The notes under the pieces: model-generated
What the model saw: only the letters and a program-made list of their open reading frames with translations
Told to the model about the DNA's origin: nothing
The model's database searches: none
Part shown: one piece after another, positions 17,884 to 28,800 of the stretch
Layout of the letters: every line of letters begins with the position of its first letter
Position numbering within the stretch: position 1 is the first letter of the stretch
Made by a program: the position numbers and the translations under genes
Assembly: GCA_048882485.1 (NCBI GenBank)
Contig: JBHLRP010000001.1
Span: 96,001-160,000, forward strand
Reading direction: 5' to 3'
DNA length: 64,000 nt
From: Candidatus Thorarchaeota archaeon
GTDB lineage: Archaea > Asgardarchaeota > Thorarchaeia > Thorarchaeales > Thorarchaeaceae

Positions 17884-17923
17884 CCAATCTTAGGTGGATG
17901 CTTCTGAAGATGTTATTTGAAAC

Positions 17924-20203
17924 TCAAGACTCTCTCCCATATGCAGGCAGAAGAACTTGAAATAGAGTGCCCATATCCGGCTCTTCCATTTTCTTTGAAA
18001 CCGTAATGGTTCCGCCCAACGACTCTGCAACTAGCCGTGATACAAGAAGTCCAAGAGCAGTGCCACTGTAATCTTCTTGAGATTCAGGGGGAGAAACATC
18101 ACTCCCAATATCCGTCCACCAGGATGGAACGAAGATTCGGACCATCCAATATTCAGAGCCCATCTCAACACGAGGCTGAATCTCGACTTTAATGCTTGAT
18201 GCCTCCATAGGCTGCAAAAGGACACCATGGATTATATTGATGAAGACATGCTTCAGCACGCCGCTACCAAGAACATAGGCCTGCGCACTGAATGGCAGTA
18301 ATTGCAGTTTAACACCTTTACCACCAGCGACTCGCATGACCCTATCAAGGGATTCAACGAGCGTTTCCATCAGATTGAGCGGGTTGAGTGATTCTCTCTG
18401 AAGATCTTCGCTTTCAGTTATTAGGCGTACATTGGTGATGAGCTGCTCTGCAAGAGAAATCACATGATATGCGTCACCTGAGAGACGTTCTCGCTGCTCG
18501 ATTGTTGTTTCTCCTTCTCCCAATAGTTCGACGGCGGTTAGAAGCATTTGGTGATAATTACTAATGTCATGCATAAGCAGGTCTGCATAAAGGGTTGCCT
18601 TTGAGTGAGAGTCTTCTGCGTCCCGCATTGCTCGCATGTATAAAAGGCCTAGAAATGCTGGGCCTATCATTAAAGCTAGCAATATCAGAATCTCTGAGAC
18701 CCACCAGCCTGCAGTCCATGTATTGTAATAGCTCTTGAGCACATTCGGGACTATCCACATCGACAAGAATAGGACGACATATACTCCGATTGAAGCTTGA
18801 CCGCCAGATATCTCAACTTGTGTGAATAGCAAGTATGTTATCAGGAAGATGAGCAGCAAGTTTGCAAACAGAAGCATGGAATTACTGAGGGGGCTTCCAG
18901 AAAGCAGCGGGTATTGTTGTAGAACAAGCTGATTTCCAATCTCTCCAGCCAAGACAGCTCCCAGCATAACAAACGAACCTGCAAGAAGTAGCCATGATGA
19001 AGGAGGCCTGTCTTCTTGCAGATGGTTCTTTGGAGTCCATCGTGCAGCGAGATATAAGAGCGGGATTGATAGAATGCTGCCAACTAGATATGATACGATT
19101 GGCTCTCCCCGAGGGGCGAATTCAAGTGGCAATACTGTTAGCACGGAAACTGTAGCCACTTCGGCCCAGAGCACAAATAACATGATAAGAGCGTAGAGGT
19201 TCCTTGAAGGGCGTCGCCTTGAGTACGCAAAGAGAAGGAATCCCATCATTATTGAGAGAGATGCCACTCCAATATGGATAATAGAGAATGCTAGAGTGTT
19301 CATCGGTTCGATAATCTGATGGAAACCTGCAGCCTCAATGCCAATTGTAATTGTGAATGGCAAGTAGGAGAGCAACACAAGTGCAGCAACAATGAGATAT
19401 GCCGTCATCCTATCATATCCTACCTTTCTAAGAAAGGGAACAGAAAGGGAAATTGTGATCAAAAAGTACGATGCCATCTGTATTGTTTCAGCGTATATCC
19501 AGAGGGCGGATGAAAGGAACATTTCTGCTGCTAAAACACAAATAGCAATTGCAGAGAGTATACATGCACTAGCGAAATACCCAATGTCTACGGAGAGCTC
19601 ATCGTATCCACGTTTGATCAAGAGATAAGCGGCAGCAAGAGTGATTGCAACGCCAGAGAGTGCCGTGGAGGCTCCGAAGTAGATTAGAATTTCTGTCGTC
19701 ATATGTGGAATTAGGAAGAACCATATGACGCCATAAAGTGCTCCGGGGATGAATACAGACGCGAAGCCAATAACAAGGCCCAAACGAGCAGTCAGTCTCT
19801 TCTTTTCACTTGGATCTTGGCGCGTGGTCAAAGCTACTAAGATGAAGACACCAAAAACTGCAAACTCGTATATGTCTGTCACAAGATTGGCGAGATCCTT
19901 CACTTCGGGAGCAGCTATGAGTTCGGTCAAGTAGCTTATTGCACTACCAATGTTCACCATGATGGGAAAGAGGAGCGCAGCTGAGAATGCAGCCAAGGAT
20001 TTGGAGGGACGCCGAAGAAATGCTAGAACTAGGATAGCTGCTGGGATTGATGCCCAGTATGACAGAAGGGAATGGGCTCCTACTCGGGATGTGGTTGTAA
20101 TGGAAACGATATACAGGCCTCCAATAGCTATAGTTGTGGCTATCAATGCCAATGGAACAAAGATAGCTATCTTTGCCAGTGATCGCTTCTGGTTCTTATT
20201 CAT
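17924..20203 (-). CDS. Multi-pass membrane sensor histidine kinase with degenerate HATPase domain
   Basis: About 15 TM segments by eye, H-box LLMHDISNYHQ, N-box-like VFINII, GTALGL, GG.I.V, G.LF.V.LP. No DxGxG G1 box. Confidence 0.8.
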   Translation of the reverse strand: MNKNQKRSLAKIAIFVPLALIATTIAIGGLYIVSITTTSRVGAHSLLSYWASIPAAILVLAFLRRPSKSLAAFSAALLFPIMVNIGSAISYLTELIAAPEVKDLANLVTDIYEFAVFGVFILVALTTRQDPSEKKRLTARLGLVIGFASVFIPGALYGVIWFFLIPHMTTEILIYFGASTALSGVAITLAAAYLLIKRGYDELSVDIGYFASACILSAIAICVLAAEMFLSSALWIYAETIQMASYFLITISLSVPFLRKVGYDRMTAYLIVAALVLLSYLPFTITIGIEAAGFHQIIEPMNTLAFSIIHIGVASLSIMMGFLLFAYSRRRPSRNLYALIMLFVLWAEVATVSVLTVLPLEFAPRGEPIVSYLVGSILSIPLLYLAARWTPKNHLQEDRPPSSWLLLAGSFVMLGAVLAGEIGNQLVLQQYPLLSGSPLSNSMLLFANLLLIFLITYLLFTQVEISGGQASIGVYVVLFLSMWIVPNVLKSYYNTWTAGWWVSEILILLALMIGPAFLGLLYMRAMRDAEDSHSKATLYADLLMHDISNYHQMLLTAVELLGEGETTIEQRERLSGDAYHVISLAEQLITNVRLITESEDLQRESLNPLNLMETLVESLDRVMRVAGGKGVKLQLLPFSAQAYVLGSGVLKHVFINIIHGVLLQPMEASSIKVEIQPRVEMGSEYWMVRIFVPSWWTDIGSDVSPPESQEDYSGTALGLLVSRLVAESLGGTITVSKKMEEPDMGTLFQVLLPAYGRES

Positions 20204-20353
20204 CCAGCACCACTCGAGGGATAAACCAGCCCGTTATCTTTTGAAAAGGATATCTTGGTTATCCAAACAAATGGATGATGATATGTGGATAATATCAGGA
20301 CCGAATGCTCAATCTAATAAGTGGAGAACTATAGCAAACTTTCAGTGGAGATA

Positions 20354-21280
20354 ATGCTTGCGGAGTTAGAGAAGAAACTTATCACCGTTGTTGAGAAAGT
20401 TATACCCAGCGTTGTAAGCGTCACAACCACAAGAATGGCGAGGGACCAGCTTTCAAGGGCCATTCCTGTTCAGGGGCAGGGATCTGGCGTAATACTGACA
20501 GACGATGGCTTCATAGTTACCAACGCGCATGTTGTTGAAGGAGTCCGAGATGTTGATGTCACATTGAACGACGGGCGTGCTTTCAAGGCGGTCGTCGTTG
20601 GTGAGTCAAAAGTCAGAGATCTCGCAGTCTTGAAGATCGAGGTTGAGGGTTTGACACCAATTGAGTTGGGAGAGTCGAATACATTGCAGGTAGGACAGAT
20701 AGCAGTTGCAATCGGAAATCCACTTGGACTGGGAAGCTCAGTCACTTTCGGGATGGTCAGCGCCGTTGAGAGAACGATTCAAGGCGGCGGAACCTTTCTT
20801 GAAGGCCTCATCCAAACATCAGCTCAGATTAATCCTGGCAACTCTGGCGGGGCTTTAGTTAATACCGAAGGTCAACTTATTGGAGTACCAACTGCAATGA
20901 TTCCATGGAGTCAGGGGATTGGCTTTGCCATAGCTGTTGATTGGGTCAAGCGCGCATTTGATGAGCTTGTGGAAACAGGGACTATTAGAAGTCCATGGCT
21001 GGGAGTAATGGGTGTCACTCTTAATCCGGGCGTGGCATCACATTATAGATTGCCCACGGATAAGGGAGCTTTGCTAGTTCAAGTGCCTCGTGGCCCATCT
21101 TCACAGGCTGGACTGAAAGCGGGCGATGTCATTCAGGCAATTGATGACGAAGACATCACAGGGATGGAGGATCTCAGGAAGAAGATCCTTGTGAAACGCA
21201 CAGGCGACAAGGTCCGAATCAGGTTCCAAAGACGAAATGACATCTTCGAGGTCTATGTCACCTTAGGAGCCGCACCATAG
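20354..21280 (+). CDS. htrA: HtrA/DegP-family serine protease with one PDZ domain, no signal peptide or TM
   Basis: GSGVI, TNAHVV, DLAVLK, GNPLG, INPGNSGGAL, C-terminal PDZ (AGLKAGDVI). Confidence 0.93.
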   Translation: MLAELEKKLITVVEKVIPSVVSVTTTRMARDQLSRAIPVQGQGSGVILTDDGFIVTNAHVVEGVRDVDVTLNDGRAFKAVVVGESKVRDLAVLKIEVEGLTPIELGESNTLQVGQIAVAIGNPLGLGSSVTFGMVSAVERTIQGGGTFLEGLIQTSAQINPGNSGGALVNTEGQLIGVPTAMIPWSQGIGFAIAVDWVKRAFDELVETGTIRSPWLGVMGVTLNPGVASHYRLPTDKGALLVQVPRGPSSQAGLKAGDVIQAIDDEDITGMEDLRKKILVKRTGDKVRIRFQRRNDIFEVYVTLGAAP

Positions 21281-21288
21281 TCGAGTCG

Positions 21289-22191
21289 TCAGATGACTCC
21301 TACTACAAGAATAACACCAAGAATAGCGATTAGGATGCCAACAAGCGCCAGTTTAGTTGGTCGCTCTTTCAGAAAGACCATTGATATTGGCACAGCGAAT
21401 AGCGGAGAGGTTGAACCTATGAGCGATCCCATAGCTGCTCCGATATATTTCACCATGACAACATAGAGCACTGAGCCTAAAGCCATTCCGAAGAATCCTG
21501 CGACTGCAACAATCTTTGTCGCCCGCATTGTCGGTCTTGGCATCCCCATATGGCTTGCGACAACATAGATGGGAACGAATTCAATAGAGCCGATGACGAT
21601 TCTCACAAAATTGGCGTCAATTGGATCAACCCCAGTCACTCCTATCTCAAGAAGTACAGTTCCAACTGCATAGCAGACCATGGTGAAGAGGGCCATTCCG
21701 ATTCCCAAGAGGTCAAATTGGGAGTTACCCTCACCATCCTGCCCTTTATTCTGTTCACGAGATATCAAAATGAGACCCAAAACTGCGACTATGGTGCCAA
21801 AGAATCGGAACACTGAAACATCATCCCCAAGAAACAGAATTGTTAGAATGTACGTAAGAACTGGAAATGACATCGCAATTGGAAATGAGTAGGAAACACC
21901 GATTCTTTCTTGGCTTATGAACAGGATTGTGTCACCGATAACTGCCCCTAGCGATGCCGAGAGGGCCAAATAGATGATTGACTCGAACGGCACCGAGAAT
22001 GAATTCGGACGCCATGGAATTATGACAAGCAGGATCATGAATCCGAGTGCTACCCACATCTTGACGGACCCAATAGCTAAAGGTCTAATCTCGTCACTCT
22101 GTGACCGATAAACAACAACAGATACCGCCCACATGGATGCCGCGAGGAAGCCAATAGCAGTTCCAAAAATGGCATCCGGTGTGAGTTGCAT
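21289..22191 (-). CDS. EamA/DMT family transporter
   Basis: About 10 TM in two repeats. SPLFAVPIS..FLKER motif. Confidence 0.9.
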   Translation of the reverse strand: MQLTPDAIFGTAIGFLAASMWAVSVVVYRSQSDEIRPLAIGSVKMWVALGFMILLVIIPWRPNSFSVPFESIIYLALSASLGAVIGDTILFISQERIGVSYSFPIAMSFPVLTYILTILFLGDDVSVFRFFGTIVAVLGLILISREQNKGQDGEGNSQFDLLGIGMALFTMVCYAVGTVLLEIGVTGVDPIDANFVRIVIGSIEFVPIYVVASHMGMPRPTMRATKIVAVAGFFGMALGSVLYVVMVKYIGAAMGSLIGSTSPLFAVPISMVFLKERPTKLALVGILIAILGVILVVGVI

Positions 22192-22314
22192 GGCTTTCGG
22201 GGCATTAAAGGGTCCTATGATACTATCGGTAGCTCCACCCAGATTTTGAGTTTCGTATCTATGAAATGCCTTTTAGTCACGAGGAACTCACTGGCCAGAG
22301 AGCTGATTTCTATT

Positions 22315-25095
22315 CTACTTCCAACGGCTAATCCTTTCAGAGCGAGGTCGAAATCCAGCTGAGAGCGAATGATTCCGAGCACGGAGTAGTACAATTCGGC
22401 CCTCCTTATTGCGAGTGTAAATCAAATCCATCTCACCGACGTACTTCTTCCATTGGGACGCAAAGGATTCAGCATATACCTTCTTGATTCCTAGGACAGT
22501 CGGAACGGCATGATAGTCCTGCCTAACAAAAGAGGTCCCTAACATTGATTTTCTTAGAAGAAGGTATCTAGGAGATCCGACTGGACCCAGTACTTCCCTG
22601 AGTGAACTAAGATATGTCGCTCTTTCTCTTCTTGTGCCACCTTCCACATGACAAAAAACTTCACCCTTCTTTCCTTCTTCCACTACAACTCTCATATCAT
22701 TAAATGAGGTTCTGACTATACCAACTTCGCAGAGGGTGGCTAGCACAGCTTTCCCGACTTGAGCAAGGCTAGATTTGATAGGGCCGTGCATGATAAACAG
22801 CCAGATCGCTTTCAGCGCTTTTGGAGCAAACCTGAGGATGAAGTAGAGAAATCCAAGAATCGGTAGAAATGATAGAAATGACAAGCCAAGGTTGCCAATC
22901 GGAAGGACCCAGGAGAATATTTGCCGAGCAGCAAAGAAGCCGAATAGGAACAGAACCTCCCAGGCTAGTGCTGAAATGGTATTCCTGAAAACAAAGCCCC
23001 GAGGGACTGGAAGTCGTGCTTTTTTAGCCTTCACTTCCTCTACAAGTCGGATTCCTTCTTCACCTCGCTTAAGGGAGGTCTCCCAGGCCAATTGTAGAGC
23101 TGTTCTATCCTTCGCCCTTGCTGTCATTGATGAGTTGATTTCCCGTACCTCGTCCTTATCAAAGGGCGGAACTCCAACCCCAAGGCGGCCGAACCCATTC
23201 TCTATAACTGATTCAACAAAGGATATTCCCAGAAACGCCTTAAAGCGTCTCTCCATAATGCGGTAGTCATTTCCTGCGCTCTCAGAGTCGAGATCCACAC
23301 AGACCAGGTGCCAGATATTGGATATCTTATCAGGCTGCTCTGGGTCAGTCCTGATAGCTCGTCCTCGCATTTGGTTGGACAACATATAGGATCCAACGAG
23401 ACTCGCTAGCACAAGTGAGTTGATTGATGGTGCATCCCATCCTTCTCCCAGGAGTGACTTTGTGCCTACAAGGACAGTTACCCCGCCCCTGGAGAAAAGC
23501 TCTGTTATGAGCTGTACTGCCTTTTGACTGTCTATGCCCTTGATAGTCACCATGGAGAATCTTGGGTCAGCAATGGGTTTGACTGAAACTGATTCGCGAA
23601 GGATTTCACAATCATCAGCACATTCAAGGAGGAGTTCAGTTGACTCAGTAGGAACAACTATCAAAGAACCACTAAGAACACCAAGTTTTATGTCACTAAG
23701 ATTCGATCGCCTAATCTCCTCAAAGATTGGCACCACACCAATCTTATCCAATTTCGGAAGGTCATGTTCACTCTTGGGGAGATAGGCTTTCCTTATGTAA
23801 TCCGTAAGGATGACCATGCGAAGGTTCTCACCAAGCGCCCTAAGTTCCATGGACACAATTGCTTGAACAGCATACAGCTTTGTGATGCTTCGTTTCAGAA
23901 CGGCATCCAGTTTCCGAGTACTACGCAGATTCACATCTCTTCGCTCAAGGGCATCAATTCGATAGAGTCTATCCCTTATTCTTTTCAGGACTGGAGACAA
24001 GTCCTTAGGGTCAACATCGGGGGGAAATAGCATCCCTTCGAGTAGAGTCTCCAGCCATTCCTTGTTGAACCAAGGAATTCCAAACTGTTCACCAGCAACG
24101 AGCTCGATTGCTTGCTTTGGTAGAATGACCTTGCGATGTTTCAGGTAGACAAGCATACTAGAAAAGAATGATGGGTCATCTAGAATTTCAATCACAAACG
24201 TTTCGGGATTGTTAAGCCAGGGGTGGTTCTTTACCTCTTTTAGGAACTCCTCATCTGACTCAAGGTCCTCAGCAAACTCATCAACTGCTTGCTTGAACTC
24301 CTTCAGCTTGTTTCCTTCAATAAGACTAGGATATGTAAAGAGAACGAGGTCTTGGTGAGGACAAAGATTCCCTTCCTGAACAAGCTCAGGCACAGAAACC
24401 TCCGCATCTATCGGGCCGCATAACTTCATGTATCGTTCCCACTCAAACATCGAAACATCATATGGCGGTGTTGCTGTCAGCGCCAGAACAGTGCTTTCCT
24501 TCAGTCCGTGCACAACTCTCGTCAGGCAACGCCACCAATTTGATCGGAGATGGTGGGCTTCGTCCAAGACAACTGTCTTGACCGATAACTCTTGTAGCAG
24601 TCTGGTTATGTTGTCCTCATTGAGTTCTTGTTCGTCATTCTCCGAGTCCTCATTATAGAATAGATCTTCATCCTCAGATTCGATTTCTTCAAGGTCGAGA
24701 TCATCGTCGTTTTCTAGGACTCCAGAGCATGCACTGTAGAGGCCTTGGTACGTTGAAACCGTCAGAAATCTCGGATGGTAGATATCAGTTGAAATCCAAT
24801 CCGGTGTTTCATTGCATTCAGGCATGAAAAAGTCCACAAGCCTTGAGACCCATTGGTCGCGGATTGCTAAGGTAGGAGCTAGGATAATCGATGGTTGGTT
24901 CAGCCTTCTCACAACTTCCAATCCGAGAAGCGTTTTTCCAGACCCTGGAGCCGCAACGACGTGTAGTCGGTTGTCGCCTAGGTATTCTTCAAGCTCACTC
25001 AAAACACGCGCTTGATATGGCCTCCAGGTATAGCGAAATTTCGTTTCTGGAGGAAATTCCTTCATTATCGGCAGGTCCTCACTCACCACGTTCAA
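22315..25095 (-). CDS. SF2 DEAD/DEAH-box (ResIII-like) helicase with C-terminal transmembrane hairpin
   Basis: WRPYQ, APGSGKT, LDEAHH, LTATPP, LLGEGWD, QMRGRAIR. Hydrophobic pair ALAWEVLFLFGFF...LPILGFLYFIL near the C-terminus. Confidence 0.9.
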   Translation of the reverse strand: MNVVSEDLPIMKEFPPETKFRYTWRPYQARVLSELEEYLGDNRLHVVAAPGSGKTLLGLEVVRRLNQPSIILAPTLAIRDQWVSRLVDFFMPECNETPDWISTDIYHPRFLTVSTYQGLYSACSGVLENDDDLDLEEIESEDEDLFYNEDSENDEQELNEDNITRLLQELSVKTVVLDEAHHLRSNWWRCLTRVVHGLKESTVLALTATPPYDVSMFEWERYMKLCGPIDAEVSVPELVQEGNLCPHQDLVLFTYPSLIEGNKLKEFKQAVDEFAEDLESDEEFLKEVKNHPWLNNPETFVIEILDDPSFFSSMLVYLKHRKVILPKQAIELVAGEQFGIPWFNKEWLETLLEGMLFPPDVDPKDLSPVLKRIRDRLYRIDALERRDVNLRSTRKLDAVLKRSITKLYAVQAIVSMELRALGENLRMVILTDYIRKAYLPKSEHDLPKLDKIGVVPIFEEIRRSNLSDIKLGVLSGSLIVVPTESTELLLECADDCEILRESVSVKPIADPRFSMVTIKGIDSQKAVQLITELFSRGGVTVLVGTKSLLGEGWDAPSINSLVLASLVGSYMLSNQMRGRAIRTDPEQPDKISNIWHLVCVDLDSESAGNDYRIMERRFKAFLGISFVESVIENGFGRLGVGVPPFDKDEVREINSSMTARAKDRTALQLAWETSLKRGEEGIRLVEEVKAKKARLPVPRGFVFRNTISALAWEVLFLFGFFAARQIFSWVLPIGNLGLSFLSFLPILGFLYFILRFAPKALKAIWLFIMHGPIKSSLAQVGKAVLATLCEVGIVRTSFNDMRVVVEEGKKGEVFCHVEGGTRRERATYLSSLREVLGPVGSPRYLLLRKSMLGTSFVRQDYHAVPTVLGIKKVYAESFASQWKKYVGEMDLIYTRNKEGRIVLLRARNHSLSAGFRPRSERISRWK

Positions 25096-25140
25096 TTGTA
25101 GGCAATTCTCTTGCTATTAATCGATTTCGTGCGCCTATCC

Positions 25141-25671
25141 TCAGTTTGAGTTGTGTCTTTTCAAGGGATGAGGATGGGATTCCTTTCCGAGGACCATTCG
25201 TGCAAGCTTGAGGCCTGGTTCCACTATCAAATGTTGAAGAATCATCCGAATTCGGTCATTTCGCCTAGCACGTCGAGCAATTGGCGGAGATACATCGTAG
25301 TAGGCCCGAATTGCGATGCGGCCTATTAGTCGGCTAGAAAGCCATTCGTCTCGGAATTCTCTCAGAAGGTCGATTTTCGGATGAAGTGTGGTACCAATAA
25401 CAGCTGTAGCTATGAAGCACTCTGTTTCATGTTCTCTACAGTAAACCTCATCATCCTCCACTCTCTTCTTGTGCTTTTCACAGAGGAAAACAGGTGTTTG
25501 GCATACGACGCAATGCCCTACTGGATCTATCCCTTCTCTGAGGAGGATTCCACATCTGTCGCATGAAACATGTGTGATAGCATCAGATAGGTTGGCTCCA
25601 CAATTGGCACACTCCGCATCGCCTAGGTCATTTATAGCACTACAATAACGGCACTCAACTTTCTCTGGCAT
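25141..25671 (-). CDS. Zinc-ribbon protein with CFI-box-CTERM-like C-terminal domain
   Basis: CRYC, CANC, CDRC, CVVC, C..H, C..H, followed by CFIATA..G......DLLR.FRD..L.....GR.....YY..SPPIA. Confidence 0.8.
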   Translation of the reverse strand: MPEKVECRYCSAINDLGDAECANCGANLSDAITHVSCDRCGILLREGIDPVGHCVVCQTPVFLCEKHKKRVEDDEVYCREHETECFIATAVIGTTLHPKIDLLREFRDEWLSSRLIGRIAIRAYYDVSPPIARRARRNDRIRMILQHLIVEPGLKLARMVLGKESHPHPLKRHNSN

Positions 25672-25877
25672 GCTTCGCTCCTCAGCTTGCATCCTCGTGA
25701 AGGAACCTTTCATTTGAACCTTCGAAATTGTCGATAAAAGGATTGCTTGAGGTGTTTAAATCAAGCGAAGCGAATTTATTAATGCAAATTCCCTTATATA
25801 AGACGCCACCACAGGACTTCTTCTGCCTTAGAAGACGCCAATTTTCTGTGGATTCGCGATGGTATTCGGGGATGTAG

Positions 25878-28800
25878 ATGCAGGAAAAAGGATTCGAGAG
25901 AGCGAGCCGTTGGGCAGATAGGATTCAGCTCTTCGCCCTTATTGCCGTACTTCTTATTGTGTCAGCAGCAGTCTGGCTCGCTTCCTATTTCCTGATTCAG
26001 CCCTTTGTGCAGGACAACCTTGTTCAGATGTTGATAGCTACATCAGTCAGCCTTGCACTTGCAGGATCCATTTTGGTATGGAGAAGAAGGGTGCTTTCAG
26101 GCACTATTCTTCTTTTCATGAGCGCAGGAGTCGTTGCTCTCTCGCTGGCTCTATTATGGCAATCAATGCAGGCTTCTATTCTCAGTCTTCATGGATTTCT
26201 ATTGGCATCGATTGTGATTTTGAATAGCTTGCGAAACAGGGAAGGAATCTCAAGTGAAACCTTTCGGAGAATCGGATGGGTGTTGGGTCCAGCAATCTTA
26301 CTGACCGGCCCACTTGCAATTGCGCTTTGGCTTTTGGAAATCACTTATGCTATCTACTTCATCTTAGCAGGATTCATTGGAGCTCTATCCGTCTACGCGA
26401 TTGCACTCCAATACTTGCAGAAGTATGCTCCATTGGGTGTACCTAATGTAATCATTGTTTCACTATCTCCATCTATGTTGACTGTTGACTTTCTGATCAA
26501 TTCCGCTACTCTGTCACCCATTCTATTGGTGTCCGGATTTCTAGTGACGCTGGGCGCAACACTACTCGTCACTTCCCAATGCGCCAGGCGTGTCCAATCA
26601 TGGGCAGGTAAAAGATGGGTTCGCAAATCGCAGAAGAAACGCAGAACCACTCTTCTTGAAGAGATTGGACTAGCAGCCGCCGTCGAAGAGGATGAGGAGG
26701 GTCCACCTGTTCCTGAAGAATGGATAATTGTTCCTGAGGACGCCAATACTCTGTCAGGGATTTCACTCATTCTTGTGGCCGCAGGCATTCCATCCATCTT
26801 CCTTTGGCTATCCGAGCCGAGTATATGGGGGACGGAAATTCATTTAGTTGGACCAATCGCATTCATCATTGGATTGCTGATCCTTGGACCATCTCCAGTT
26901 CTCTTCAGGTTGGGCGAGCGACTAACTAGAGATTCAGAATATATGGCTGTAAGAGCAATTGGTGTGGCAATAGTGTCTGTCGCTTCGGTTAGTGGCTTTC
27001 TTTGGACTCAGTACTATCTCTGGCCAGTGTTCATTTCATTCACCATTTCGGTTGTTTTGTTTGTCGCAGGAATGACAGGCCTATTTAGGTGGATACGAAG
27101 AATCTGGAGACGGATTTGGCTTTCAATAGTAGGTCGTCTTAGAAACCTCAAGGCATGGATTCTGCACAATATGCTCATTGCAGGGATTATTGCCGATCTA
27201 ACACTCTGCATCATTCTATTCAGCTACATCAACCCAATGCTGCAGTCATCGCCTGGATATCCGATTTCGATTCTAGGTGTACTTGCCGCTGTGTTTGCTG
27301 GAGTGGGGATTGTCGGTCTCTTAATCTTTCGAAGTCTGCCAAGCCGTCATCGCTATCTATCCATAGCGCTCCTCCTGTTTCTTGGTTCGTTGGCTTTGGT
27401 CACATTCTGGCAATTCTACTACTTTATGGCAGTTGATGTTTTGGATTCAGTATTCTATTCCTTACTCTGGTTCCTAGGTTCGATTGCTTTATTGAGGCTT
27501 GGATTCAATCGAATCCACACTGGATTAGCATATTTGCCCGGGGTACTTGCAGCATTATTCCTAACCTTGATGTTCGAAGACCCAATACAGTCGAACGAGC
27601 TCCCCATTCTGACGTTGCTGCTTGTTGCTATATTGCCTGGACCCATTCTCCATATCGAATACCGCAAAGCTGGAAGATGGATTTCAGATGCAGCAATAAG
27701 GGCTGGAAGAGCACTTGTGCTCGGAGTTCGCAGACTTGGAGCAGCCCTTCAACGTGCACTCATTTCCATAGGCCGATTCTTGCTGAAATTCATTCTCATA
27801 TCATGGGCCGTGTTTGTGCTTGCCGGACTAGCGTTCGTAGCTTGGCAATGGCTTGCGCCTTTCTACAGTTACGATCCACTACCGATAATTGGCTGGATTT
27901 CTTTGGCATTCTTCCTAGCTTATGCGCCTGCTATTGGACGGGCTGAAGAATCTCCTTCCTATCTCCTGCAAGTTTGCATATTGGGGGCCGCTCTGGGACT
28001 TGGAGTTCTTGTGTTCTTCTATACGGAAATACTGCATGCCGCAGTTCGTCTTCTTGCATCTGTATCCGCCACTTGCCTTGCGGTAACATTAGCCAAAAGC
28101 AAATTCTCTGAAACCATCAGAGTCTACTTCGTCCCAACAACCTGGCTCATGATACTTGCTCTGGTATGCTCATGGATATTCCTAGAAACCGTCATAAGTT
28201 TTGGAGAAATCCGGTCAGCTCTCCTAGCACTGGCTCTGTTTGGCTTCGGATTGCTGCCTCTAAGACTGATGGGCGGACCTCCTCGAATCGTCAATGCCCT
28301 CTATATCGCGCTCGCCGTTCCCTCCGCTACCATGTTGGCGCACTTATACTTTGCAAACTACGTTCTTAGTTTCATCCTTTTGCTTTTGGTGCCAATTCCC
28401 GTCGCCTATAGGCAATATTGGAGCGCAATTGTTTCAATTGGTACTGCTGCGCTGATGGCACTACGAGTTTTCCTAGCGTACATCGCAATCCATCTTGTAG
28501 CAGCTATTGCCCTGTTCTCAGTCATCATCGCTTCATTACTCGTTTATTACTTGGTGCCAATATTCTCCCTATATTCAGTGCCCATAGCACCGACCGCACT
28601 TACCTTCATCCTAGTCTGTATGTGCATCTGGCTTCCTGCTCTCCATCTTCGCAGATCTGAGAATCTGCGGCTCCATTCGATAGCACTCCTCATTCTTTGT
28701 GCAGTAGTCAGCCTTGACTTGATTGTGCTGCTTCAAATCACAGATCCAATTCTGAACATACTTGGCGCAGCTACTCTGTTTTCAGTTCTATTCTCAATAT

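Noticed and set aside
22315-25095. Type III restriction-modification system
   Set aside because: No adjacent DNA methyltransferase and no recognisable PD-(D/E)xK nuclease domain.
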